Assembly: GCA_016839555.1 (NCBI GenBank)
Contig: JAEOUA010000003.1
Coordinates: forward strand, 340,112-404,111
Origin: Promethearchaeota archaeon
GTDB lineage: Archaea > Asgardarchaeota > Lokiarchaeia > Sigyniarchaeales > SOKP01
Direction of reading: 5' to 3'
DNA length: 64,000 bases
Both the position numbers and the translations under genes were made by a program. Shown in pieces: positions 49,737 to 59,444 of the stretch. The notes below the pieces were generated by a model. It made no database searches, had not been told where the DNA came from, and saw only the letters and a list, made by a program, of their open reading frames with translations. The first letter of the stretch is position 1. Each line of letters starts with the position of its first letter.

Positions 49737-50550
49737 ATTTTTATTCCTCCATTTTATTATTAAATTTTAATTAAAATTTAAGTTTTTAATTTTTTTTTTA
49801 ATTTTTTTTTTATGTTCTTAGATAGTATTATATCTGAAGAGATATTTAAACTTTATGGCATTTTGATAAGATAGTGTTGAGTTAGATTAAAAAAAATTTC
49901 GACAAAAATTTTATGAAATTATTCAATTAAGTAAATTTTCAAATGTAAGTAAATAAGATCATACCTAATTTTTTATCACAATTTATTATATAATAATTAT
50001 TGAAATGGTAAGTATGAAAAGATCTATTCATAGGTTAGCAAGTTGATGGTATAATTGGTATTAAATAAAAATTTGATAAAATTATTAAATCGGTATTATA
50101 TATCCAGATAACAGAATACTTAATATTTTTCCAAATTTCCATAATTAATTTTGAATAAAAAAGGAGAGAAAAAGTTTAAAAAGATCCTTATAGTGTACTA
50201 TAAAAAATTTAAGTTTCAAATTAAAGTTAGCTAAATAGATTAAAATTGAATTTTTTATGTATTGACGATTTTTTATTAAAAATAACGTTTTAATAATGAC
50301 ATAAAATTATACTTAGCTTCAAGTATTTAGATTTCATTAATAATGAATCACAAAAGAAAAAAATAAATTCCAACTGTTATTAAGTTCTTATATTTCTTAT
50401 CGAGTAGGGTGAATATTTTTCCAATTACAAGTTTCTACCTTTAGAAAATATATTAATAACCTTATAATTTAATTTTAACTCTAAAATATTTTTTTTCCTT
50501 GAAAAAAATTTTCTAAAAAATGAGTAATTCTAAAGTATTATAAAAAGAAC

Positions 50551-51168
50551 TTATTCCCCTATCTCTTTAATTTCTAAAAATTTCCCTGTTGTTCCATCAG
50601 CGGTTATTACCAATATATCGATACCATTTCCTGACATTGCATCTCTTTTCATTGCGTTTCTAATCACTTTTTCTATAAGCTTTTCTCCTTCTGCAACAGT
50701 TAAATCTTTTTTATATTCTGCTTCTAAGATTCCCATAGATAAAAGCATACTGGTGCCTGCAGCCCCATAATCTTCTGGAATTAAACTCCCAATAGCATCA
50801 AGTGTATATAATTTGGGACCATCCGTGTCCATCCCAGCAATTAATAAGTTTGTATAAAACGGAGCCATTTTCCTAGAATATAAATAGTTTGATAATAGTT
50901 TTGCCATACTTTTCGTCGAAATTCGTTCATGAGCTTCAAATTTATAAAGCTTCGCTTGTGCCCTAAGGATTTTTGTAATCATTTGAAAATCACCTATAAG
51001 ACCATAGCAGGCAATCCCTATATAATTAGTCACTGAAAAGACTTTTCTGGTTGATTTATTAGTTACAGTATAATTCCATATAGCCCTTCTATCACTTCCT
51101 AATACTACTCCATCCTTACATTTAATTGCAACTGATGCGGCGCCGGGAACGATAATTTCTTGAGACAT
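50551..51168 (-). CDS. psmB: Proteasome beta-type subunit lacking catalytic Thr1
   Basis: IKCKDGVVLGSDRR, RKVF, GLIGDFQ, LYTLDAIGS and RDAMSGNGID; Ala at the Thr1 position. Confidence 0.88.
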   Translation of the reverse strand: MSQEIIVPGAASVAIKCKDGVVLGSDRRAIWNYTVTNKSTRKVFSVTNYIGIACYGLIGDFQMITKILRAQAKLYKFEAHERISTKSMAKLLSNYLYSRKMAPFYTNLLIAGMDTDGPKLYTLDAIGSLIPEDYGAAGTSMLLSMGILEAEYKKDLTVAEGEKLIEKVIRNAMKRDAMSGNGIDILVITADGTTGKFLEIKEIGE

Positions 51169-51483
51169 TTTTAAATTTAATCTTGAAAATATTAATGTGT
51201 ATTTTTAATTAATAAAATAAATCTACTTTATATTTTTAATTTTATCATAATAATTTAATAGATCCCTAAAGAATTATCTTATGATTATATTATTATAGTA
51301 TTTGAAAGTTTTAGACGCCATAAAAATAGATTTTCAACTAAATCAGAGAATACCCAATATAAAATTTATTAAAAGTATATTATTTTTCAAAAAAGAACAC
51401 TTAAATAAGAAAAAACAATAAAAATTTTATTTTGTGAACTATTTTTATATATAATCAGCTTAACATCCCAAAATGAAATAAAA

Positions 51484-53550
51484 TTGAAGCTTATAGATAA
51501 TGAATTTGCAGGATTTCGAGAGATACACGGATTTTCAAAGCAAGAACTTTTAGATATTAAAAAACAAATCTCGAGATATAAAGACGATTATTTAGATGAT
51601 AATAAAGTAAAAGAATTACTTGAAAATACATTTCCGACAAAAATTTTAACTATATATTATGATTATATTTCAAATCTTGATAAATTTATAGAATTTTATC
51701 TAATTAACAATAAGGAACCAAGTTTTAAAGAGTGTGAGGATTTTTTTTATTTAAAATCTGATTTAATAAAAGAGATTAACCACATTGCTACAAATCTTTC
51801 AAATTTAAATTTAAATATTCAAAATACGAAACGTTTTTTTAAAAAAAATGAATATTTACAGAATTATTCTTCAGAAATTTTTGATTTACAAGAAAAATTA
51901 AATCAATCCCAGCAAGAACTTAAGAATTCGTTAGGCACCAAACCACAGAGTTATCATTATTCTTCCTATTTATTCTATCAAACAAATAAAATTAAAAATT
52001 CTCGCTTCAAATTAAAAGATTTACCAGAGAATTGCTTACAATGGGAAGAGATTTCAGATCTTTTCAATTATTTAAAGAATTATGGCACTTTGCTAAAATC
52101 TAAAGGAATTTTATCCAAAAAGGAAGTGGAAATACAATTTGAATTTAAAATGTTAATTGATTATTTTAATTCATCAGAACAAGTAAACAAAATTATTGGC
52201 AAAGAATTAGTATATCTTTTGTCTCTTAATAATTTTTTAGAAGAATTAGAATATGATGAAAATATAAGCAAGCCGGAAAGAAAAAATATAATAGAAAACT
52301 TAAAAATATTCATGCAATCAATTATTAAAGACTTTATCATGGATGAATTAACGGATTATATTGAAAAATTAAGAGAAATAGAAAAAAAATATAATTTAAT
52401 CGATAAAGAGGAGAAAGAATATAATTTAAAAGCTTTGGTTGATAAAAAAGTAAGCAATTTCTTACCTAATTTTGTAGATTATTATATAAAAGAGTTGGAA
52501 GAGAATTATAAAATTAAAAGTACTGAGAAAGAACCTGTAAATGAGCTTAATAACCTCATTTTAGAGTATAAAAATAAAATAGAATTATTTTATAAAAAAA
52601 TACAAAATTTAAAGGAGTTAATCTCTGAATATAAACTTTTTCTAAGACCTTTTGGCCATATAATAAATAATTATGAAAAAATATTTGCATCTCTTTTAGA
52701 GGATATAGAAAGAAGAAAGGAAGATTTTGTTTTTTATCTGAAGACTGTTAAAAACGAATGGTTAAAGGATGATTTAAGAACCTTCACTGAAGGAAAAAGG
52801 GATGAAATCAATCAACTACTAGCAAATTATCGAGATAAATTCGCCAAAATATTAAAAGATGATTTTCCGCAGTTTAAAGAAATAGAGGATATACTTAATA
52901 CTTATCAGACGCAAATTATACAAATGAAGGATGAAGTCTATCAGAAATTTGAAGAATATAATAAAAAAAATTTAAATCAAATTCAGATCATTAAGCAATG
53001 GGAAACAAACTTTAATAGAACAAAACAGCAAGCAAGCTTCCTTTTAAATCAGTATCTTATGAAAATTTTTAAAAATTTTGATAATATTATTGAAAAAGAA
53101 AATGCTCTTTTTAGAGGACTCTCTGAAATTTCAAAAAAAAATCGGAGAGATCAAGAATTAGCTCTTAATTATGCCCTATCTGGTTATCTTTTTGGTAAGT
53201 TGAGCCAAAAAGAAATAAAAGAACGCATTATTACTCTAAAAGAAAAAATATTGCAATTACAAACTCAACAAAATCTCTATGAATCAGAAATCTCTAAATT
53301 AGAAGAAGTTCTAGGCGAAAAAATTAAAATACAAGAAGGAATTTCTTCTACAAGAGTACAATGTGCCATTTGCCATAAGAATATTGACCTTAAAAAGGAT
53401 AGATTTATTAAATGCCCTTATTGTGGAACATACTTTCATTATTTATGTATTTATTTCTGGCTCTCGGAATATAACAGCTGCCCTGCGTGCCAGAACGAAT
53501 TCCTCGATCCTAATACTGACATGTATTATTTCTCAGAACCACTTAGTTAA
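51484..53550 (+). CDS. Long coiled-coil protein with a C-terminal RING finger (candidate E3 ligase)
   Basis: CAIC-x13-CPYC-x4-H-x2-C-x3-W-x6-CPAC at 53362-53490, preceded by heptad-rich helices. Confidence 0.8.
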   Translation: MKLIDNEFAGFREIHGFSKQELLDIKKQISRYKDDYLDDNKVKELLENTFPTKILTIYYDYISNLDKFIEFYLINNKEPSFKECEDFFYLKSDLIKEINHIATNLSNLNLNIQNTKRFFKKNEYLQNYSSEIFDLQEKLNQSQQELKNSLGTKPQSYHYSSYLFYQTNKIKNSRFKLKDLPENCLQWEEISDLFNYLKNYGTLLKSKGILSKKEVEIQFEFKMLIDYFNSSEQVNKIIGKELVYLLSLNNFLEELEYDENISKPERKNIIENLKIFMQSIIKDFIMDELTDYIEKLREIEKKYNLIDKEEKEYNLKALVDKKVSNFLPNFVDYYIKELEENYKIKSTEKEPVNELNNLILEYKNKIELFYKKIQNLKELISEYKLFLRPFGHIINNYEKIFASLLEDIERRKEDFVFYLKTVKNEWLKDDLRTFTEGKRDEINQLLANYRDKFAKILKDDFPQFKEIEDILNTYQTQIIQMKDEVYQKFEEYNKKNLNQIQIIKQWETNFNRTKQQASFLLNQYLMKIFKNFDNIIEKENALFRGLSEISKKNRRDQELALNYALSGYLFGKLSQKEIKERIITLKEKILQLQTQQNLYESEISKLEEVLGEKIKIQEGISSTRVQCAICHKNIDLKKDRFIKCPYCGTYFHYLCIYFWLSEYNSCPACQNEFLDPNTDMYYFSEPLS

Positions 53551-53723
53551 TTTTTTCTTTATTAAATATTCTCGAATATTTGACACTTATATTATCTTAA
53601 AAGATTATTTTGCCTATATTTAAAAGAGAATGCTTCATTTAATTATTAATAATATTTGATTATTATTTCTTAGGAGCAAGTTTTTTATTAATTATAATTT
53701 AATTTCTATAGTAGGGTATTTTT

Positions 53724-54554
53724 ATGATAGGGGAGTTAGAATCGTTTAGTGAGCCAACCAGATTTTTTCAATATGATTATGTATTATTTGACGCTATATT
53801 TCTTGGTGTTTGGCTCTTTTTTTTAATAAAAAATAAAAAATGGGCGGCACTCTCCTTTGGATTTATATGTGGAGTTATCGTATATTTTATTGATGCTGTA
53901 TGGTGGTGGAATACACCTTTGAATGCTAATTATCCCCCAGGAACCTTTATTCGTGAATATTGGATCAGAGATATTCAAATGCCGCACCCATTGGGAGAAT
54001 TCTTTTGGAAAAAACTTAGCTGTGACTTTATGATGTGTATTTCATATAGTTTATTTGCCTTTCCATGGATGTGGATTATTTATGAAAAGATTTCCAAGAA
54101 ATCTTCAGAAGAAGATCTTACCAAGGAAGATCGAAAGGAAATTGCTTTTTATACGCTATTTTATTTTGGTGCATGGATGGCAATCCCACTTCTTACTTTA
54201 TTGATTCCTTTTGATGATACTATAATTCATACAGTAAGGCATATGCAAACTCAATTATTAGTGTGGATTATTAATTTTTTTGTTGGATACTCAATCTTAG
54301 CGATACTTTATGGTACTAATATAGTAAAAAGAAAAAATCCAAAAACGATAGGCTATGTATTTGTTGTGGGATGTGCTGAATCATTTTTTATGGAATTTCC
54401 ATTATTTGTTTCGAGAATTCGCCCAACAGGACCGATATTTTTATTATTTGAAGTAATCTTTTTAGTAAACCAAGGAGCTCCTTACTTATATATTGCATAT
54501 GATATTATATTTCCCGAATTAGGTAAACAAATAAAGCGGTTGAGGAATAAATAG
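53724..54554 (+). CDS. Integral membrane protein of unknown function
   Basis: About seven hydrophobic segments. Confidence 0.75.
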   Translation: MIGELESFSEPTRFFQYDYVLFDAIFLGVWLFFLIKNKKWAALSFGFICGVIVYFIDAVWWWNTPLNANYPPGTFIREYWIRDIQMPHPLGEFFWKKLSCDFMMCISYSLFAFPWMWIIYEKISKKSSEEDLTKEDRKEIAFYTLFYFGAWMAIPLLTLLIPFDDTIIHTVRHMQTQLLVWIINFFVGYSILAILYGTNIVKRKNPKTIGYVFVVGCAESFFMEFPLFVSRIRPTGPIFLLFEVIFLVNQGAPYLYIAYDIIFPELGKQIKRLRNK

Positions 54555-54651
54555 ATAAATTTTTCATTTTTTATATTTGAACTCAGGGATTTAAAAAAGT
54601 ATTTTTATAGTGAAAGAAAAGAATAAAGAACAAGGCTTTCGAAAGAAAGTA

Positions 54652-55329
54652 TTAAAAAATTATGAACAAATTATAGTTCGGAAAGAATAATACCTTTAAC
54701 GCCATATAGCTTCCGAAGAAAATCATAAAAATCCCACAAATAATTAATACCCATCGATAAACCTTGGGATTCAGCGTTCTACCTCCTAAATAACCAAATA
54801 CTGAAATTGGCCAAAACCAGATGAGGTCTCCCAATTCATGACCAAGAAAGAAAAATAATATACCCAGAGGTTTTTGAAAGCTGACATCTAATTGAACCAT
54901 TAAACTAAGCCCAATTCCCGCCCACCACAGTGTCCAGAAGGGGTTCGAAAGGCTTACAATAATACCGCCTAAAAAGCTATTACCCTTAAAGCCTTTCATA
55001 TCTTCTTCCTTCATATCACTAAAACTTACTTCAATTGGATTATTATAAGTATTTTTTATAACCACAATACCATATACAATTAATAATATTCCGCCGACAA
55101 TTCCAATTGTGGTATATACATAAGCATTTTGCAAAAAAAAGGAAGCCCCTAATAATAACGCAATAATTAATACTAATTCCAAGGTAGCATGCCCTAATGT
55201 AATAAATAATCCTGCTAAATAACCCTTCTCACTTTTTAAAGACTTGTAAATAGTAAAAGTAAGAACGGGACCAGGACTTAAAGCTCCTGTCAGCGCTACC
55301 ACGAATGATATAAAGAAAATATCAATCAT
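54652..55329 (-). CDS. LysE family exporter
   Basis: GALSPGP, GHATLE, SLSNPFWTLWW, GHELGD. Confidence 0.9.
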   Translation of the reverse strand: MIDIFFISFVVALTGALSPGPVLTFTIYKSLKSEKGYLAGLFITLGHATLELVLIIALLLGASFFLQNAYVYTTIGIVGGILLIVYGIVVIKNTYNNPIEVSFSDMKEEDMKGFKGNSFLGGIIVSLSNPFWTLWWAGIGLSLMVQLDVSFQKPLGILFFFLGHELGDLIWFWPISVFGYLGGRTLNPKVYRWVLIICGIFMIFFGSYMALKVLFFPNYNLFIIF

Positions 55330-55491
55330 GTATGTGGTAATTTTTTTCTAATTATGAAATTATTGTTTTTACTTTATAATTTCCATCAAAATTTTAATGA
55401 GAAAAGAACGAAGATTATACAAAAATTTAATAATTACTATTTTAAAAATATAATTATAATATAATTATTTAATCCACTAATGAGTTAAATT

Positions 55492-56349
55492 ATGGTTGAT
55501 TATAAAAACGTATTAAAGACTCTTCAGAAAAGCTATTCTTACGTGGATAAGATTCTTGTGCTTAAGAATAATGGAAAAATAGAATATTCAACAGATAATT
55601 GGAAAGTTAAGGAAGATATTAAGGGCTTTTTAGCGAGTTGGGCTAGCGGAAATGCACAGTTTGTTGTTATGGATGGAGTCAAATATTCAATCTTACAAAT
55701 GGAGCCAGAAAGATTTGTGGGCACAAACAGACAGAAAAAAGGACATTTAATTGGAGCAGCGACTGCGGAAAGAGATAAATATTTAATTGCTCATATTGAC
55801 AATAAGGCAAAAGGTTGGATGCATAATGCGTATCCAATGGTAGCTAGAGCAGCAGTTGCGTTGAATGATACGTCTAAATTAAAATACTTGGATTCAAGCC
55901 AAAAACAAGTCAAACCTGGCAAAGACGCTCAAACGGAAAAGATTTCGAAAAAAATAAAAAAATTAGAAGATAAATTCAAGAAAAACCTTGATAAGGGGAA
56001 GAAAGAAAAAGCAATAGAATATGCTAAAGAACTTATTGAAATGGCGAATTCAATTGGAAAAAGTGATGTAGCGGAAAAATATCAGGATATAATAGATGAG
56101 CTTCTGGGGAAGAAAAAAGAAAAAACTGAAGAACCAATTGAGCAAATGACTCAAATTAGAGCAGACGCTATATCTACACCTAAAGTCAATCCAATTATAA
56201 CCCAAGAAGTTATAAATTTTCTTCAATGGATTAATGATAGGGAAGGATTAGTGAAGTTTGTCGAATATTATCTTCAACAAAATGATCAACAAAAAATTTC
56301 TGATTTATCAGATATTTATAAAGAACTCTATCGAATAACAACTGAATAA
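55492..56349 (+). CDS. Profilin-domain protein with a C-terminal helical extension
   Basis: N-terminal ~120 aa contain GKIEYSTDNW, GVKYSILQ.EPERFVGTN..KKGHLI and YLIAHI, matching the Loki-profilin pattern as I recall it. Confidence 0.75.
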   Translation: MVDYKNVLKTLQKSYSYVDKILVLKNNGKIEYSTDNWKVKEDIKGFLASWASGNAQFVVMDGVKYSILQMEPERFVGTNRQKKGHLIGAATAERDKYLIAHIDNKAKGWMHNAYPMVARAAVALNDTSKLKYLDSSQKQVKPGKDAQTEKISKKIKKLEDKFKKNLDKGKKEKAIEYAKELIEMANSIGKSDVAEKYQDIIDELLGKKKEKTEEPIEQMTQIRADAISTPKVNPIITQEVINFLQWINDREGLVKFVEYYLQQNDQQKISDLSDIYKELYRITTE

Positions 56350-56498
56350 AAGAGATAAGATTAGAAGAAGTAAATTTTTGAAATAAAATTCTGTTTATAT
56401 ATCTCTTGTTTTTAGTTAAATTTTTATTAATTTGAATGAATTAATAAAAGAAATTATAGTTTTAATTTATATAAAAGAGTATTTCAAATCATAATATA

Positions 56499-57755
56499 TT
56501 ATTCCCGTATTTGCCCGCTTCCATAAATGATATATTTAGTGGTGGTGAGCTGTTCTACACCCATAGGTCCACGTGAATGAAGTTTTTGAGTAGATATCCC
56601 AATTTCAGCTCCTAAACCGAACACACCCCCATCAGTTAAACGAGTGGCAGCGTTAACATACACGGCAGCAGCATCGACTTCATAGAGAAATTTTCTTGCA
56701 TCACTATAATTTTCTGTTATAATCGATTCAGTATGCTTTGAATCATATTTGGTGATAATATTGATGGCTTCTTCAATATTTTTGACCACTTTTATACATA
56801 TTTTTAAGGAGAGATATTCTGCCCGCCAATCTTCTTCTGTGGCAGGAATTATATCAGGAACAAGATCTTGTGTTTGTTGATCTCCTCTTACTTCAACACC
56901 ATTTTCTCGCAGCAACTTAACGATTCTTGGAATATACTCATCTTTAATATCCTCGTGAATTAATAGCTTATCTAAAGCATTGCATACTGCAGGATATGAA
57001 CATTTGGAGTTAATGATTATTTTATCTGCCATATCTAAATCAGCATCATAATTAACGAATAAGCTGACAATTCCTATTCCTGTTTCGATGGTCGGTACCA
57101 AAGAGTTTTGAATTACTTTTTGTATTAAACTTTCTCCTCCACGCGGGATAATTACATCAATATAATCCTTTAGCTTGAGCATCGCATCAACATATGCTCT
57201 ATCAGTATCTTTAATGATTTGTATACAATTTTCTGGTAATCCCTCTTGAATTGCAGCTTCATGTAATATATCTGCTATCGCGATATTCGAGTAGATTGCC
57301 TCACTTCCGCCTCTTAGAATAATACTATTTCCCGCTTTAATGCACAACGTCGATGCATCAGCAGTAACATTAGGACGTGATTCATAGATAATTCCGATTA
57401 CACCAAGTGGGACTCTGACTAATCCTATATCCATTCCATTTGGTCTGCGCCACATTTTTATAATTTCATTGATAGGATCGGGAAAATCAGCTATTTCTTT
57501 AATACTTTCTGCTATTTTATTAATTTTATTATCAGTTAAAATGAGGCGATCAATTTTAGCTTGTTCGAAATGTTTTTTTTCAGCATTTTCAAGGTCAATT
57601 TTATTCGCGTTAATAATTTTCGATATATTATTCTCTAATTCATCAGCCATCCGAAGTAATGCATTATTTTTTATAGCTGTTGGAATATTTTTTAAAATAA
57701 ATGCAGAATCCTTCGCTTGCTGACCGATCTTTTCCATTTTCTCTTGAATTGACAT
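56499..57755 (-). CDS. proA: Gamma-glutamyl phosphate reductase
   Basis: VPLGVIGIIYESRPNVT, IPRGG, VCNA, GLGAEIGISTQKLHSRGPMG. Confidence 0.97.
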   Translation of the reverse strand: MSIQEKMEKIGQQAKDSAFILKNIPTAIKNNALLRMADELENNISKIINANKIDLENAEKKHFEQAKIDRLILTDNKINKIAESIKEIADFPDPINEIIKMWRRPNGMDIGLVRVPLGVIGIIYESRPNVTADASTLCIKAGNSIILRGGSEAIYSNIAIADILHEAAIQEGLPENCIQIIKDTDRAYVDAMLKLKDYIDVIIPRGGESLIQKVIQNSLVPTIETGIGIVSLFVNYDADLDMADKIIINSKCSYPAVCNALDKLLIHEDIKDEYIPRIVKLLRENGVEVRGDQQTQDLVPDIIPATEEDWRAEYLSLKICIKVVKNIEEAINIITKYDSKHTESIITENYSDARKFLYEVDAAAVYVNAATRLTDGGVFGLGAEIGISTQKLHSRGPMGVEQLTTTKYIIYGSGQIRE

Positions 57756-57827
57756 AAGAAAATCCTTTTCACTAAAATAATTACTAAATCCTAATATTGA
57801 TATAAAAGAAGCTAATTTAAAAAAAAT

Positions 57828-58616
57828 TTACTTTTGAGCTACGAAGTAGGTACCGATCTCCTGTCCTTCTAATATTTTTTTTACGTTTTTACTTTTAAAT
57901 GAGGTGATTACAGTGGGAATCCCAATATTTGTTAATTTTTTGGCAGCATCAAGTTTTGATTTCATTCCTCCAAAACTTACCCCACTATCTATATCTTCTA
58001 CTAATTGATCCAGTTTCTTATCGATTTCTTCAACTTGCGTAATTACTTTCGCATCCTCATGAATATTAGGATTCTTATCACATAGCCCTTCTACATCAGT
58101 TAAAATTATTAAAAGATCAACAAAAAGTAAAATAGATACCAATGCAGAGAGATTGTCATTATCACCATAACTTAGTTCTTCAATGGCAACCGAATCGTTT
58201 TCATTTATGATCGGTATAATTCCTTTATCTAAAAGGACTTGCAGCGTATTTCTTGTATTTGCTCGGCGTGTAGAATCTTTCATATCATCTGCTGAAAGTA
58301 AAACCTGTCCTATATGCAAATCATACTTGCTAAATTCTTCTTGATAAATTTTCATCAGGTATATTTGACCAACGGCCGCCAAAGCTTGTAGCTGTTTATA
58401 ATCAGAAGGTCTTTCTTTTAATCCCAATTTGGCCAGACCCGAGCCTATAGCACCACTACTTACTATAATGATCTCATAACCTTCTTTTATTAACGAGGCT
58501 ATTTCCTTTACAAATGATTCAATTTTATCGCAATAAATTTGTGCAACGCCATCAGTGATCATTTGCGTACCGACTTTAATCACGATCCGCTTAATATTTG
58601 AAGGAAAGGTTCTCAT
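57828..58616 (-). CDS. proB: Glutamate 5-kinase (short form without PUA domain)
   Basis: RIVIKVGT, VSSGAI, QALAAVGQ, IINENDSV, GDNDNLSA, GGMKSKL. Confidence 0.95.
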   Translation of the reverse strand: MRTFPSNIKRIVIKVGTQMITDGVAQIYCDKIESFVKEIASLIKEGYEIIIVSSGAIGSGLAKLGLKERPSDYKQLQALAAVGQIYLMKIYQEEFSKYDLHIGQVLLSADDMKDSTRRANTRNTLQVLLDKGIIPIINENDSVAIEELSYGDNDNLSALVSILLFVDLLIILTDVEGLCDKNPNIHEDAKVITQVEEIDKKLDQLVEDIDSGVSFGGMKSKLDAAKKLTNIGIPTVITSFKSKNVKKILEGQEIGTYFVAQK

Positions 58617-58707
58617 AACTTTTTAATTTAGAAAGAAAACAATATAAATTTGGTTTAAATAATTAATTGCTTAATTTAGGTTTTTTCATTCAACTCAGAA
58701 CAAAGAA

Positions 58708-59196
58708 TTAAAAGCTTATCTGAAATACATTAGTTAAAATCCATCCTAAAACAATAATTATAAGCAAGATTGGGATTATGAAAAGAAGGAATGCATAAGA
58801 GCTTCTAATCCAAAATCTGTTCCACAATTTTACGCCTTCTTTAAAATCTTCTCTTCTCTGTTTTTTCCATAGTTCCATGTCTCTTTGGATTTTTTGAGTA
58901 GTGGTTTCCCATTGTTGTTTTGTCTCTAAATTACGTCTTTCAATATCACTTTTCCATTGTTCTACCTTATTTTCCCAATCTTTTCTTACATCTTGGAAAA
59001 ATTTATCTACCTTCTCTTTACTCTTTTCAAAATCTTCTAAATTCTTTTTGGATTCATCCTCAAGCGATTTTTTAAAATCTACCCATCCTTTATTTAAATT
59101 ATTGACAAACTCATCCCATTTTTGTTTAAAAGGATCTTCTTTAAGTTTATTTGGTTCTGAATTATTTGAATTATTCATATTCTTACTCATATCCAT
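58708..59196 (-). CDS. Tail-anchored amphipathic helical protein
   Basis: Charged helix with periodic W/F residues and one C-terminal TM segment. Confidence 0.7.
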   Translation of the reverse strand: MDMSKNMNNSNNSEPNKLKEDPFKQKWDEFVNNLNKGWVDFKKSLEDESKKNLEDFEKSKEKVDKFFQDVRKDWENKVEQWKSDIERRNLETKQQWETTTQKIQRDMELWKKQRREDFKEGVKLWNRFWIRSSYAFLLFIIPILLIIIVLGWILTNVFQISF

Positions 59197-59224
59197 TGCT
59201 TTATATTGAATAGTTTTTCTAATA

Positions 59225-59279
59225 TAAATAAATTATAGTATTTCAGAATTATGATTAAATAAATTATAGTAATTCAGAA
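59225..59279. repeat. 24-bp direct repeat, two copies, 31-bp period
   Basis: TAAATAAATTATAGTA(T/A)TTCAGAA at 59225-59248 and 59256-59279. Confidence 0.7.
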
Positions 59280-59444
59280 ATATAATAATTGTTTATTTTA
59301 AATAACTAAACAATCATCATTTCTTTATATGAAATCATAAGGATTTTTGAACGATATTCAGATTTTTTAAAATATTTTATAGAAATTTCAGTATTTATTA
59401 GTAGAATTAATATTTTTATTAAGAGAGACAAAATTTATTATAAA

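Noticed and set aside
59225-59279. Direct repeat as a mini-CRISPR
   Set aside because: Only two copies with a 7-bp spacer, and no cas genes.
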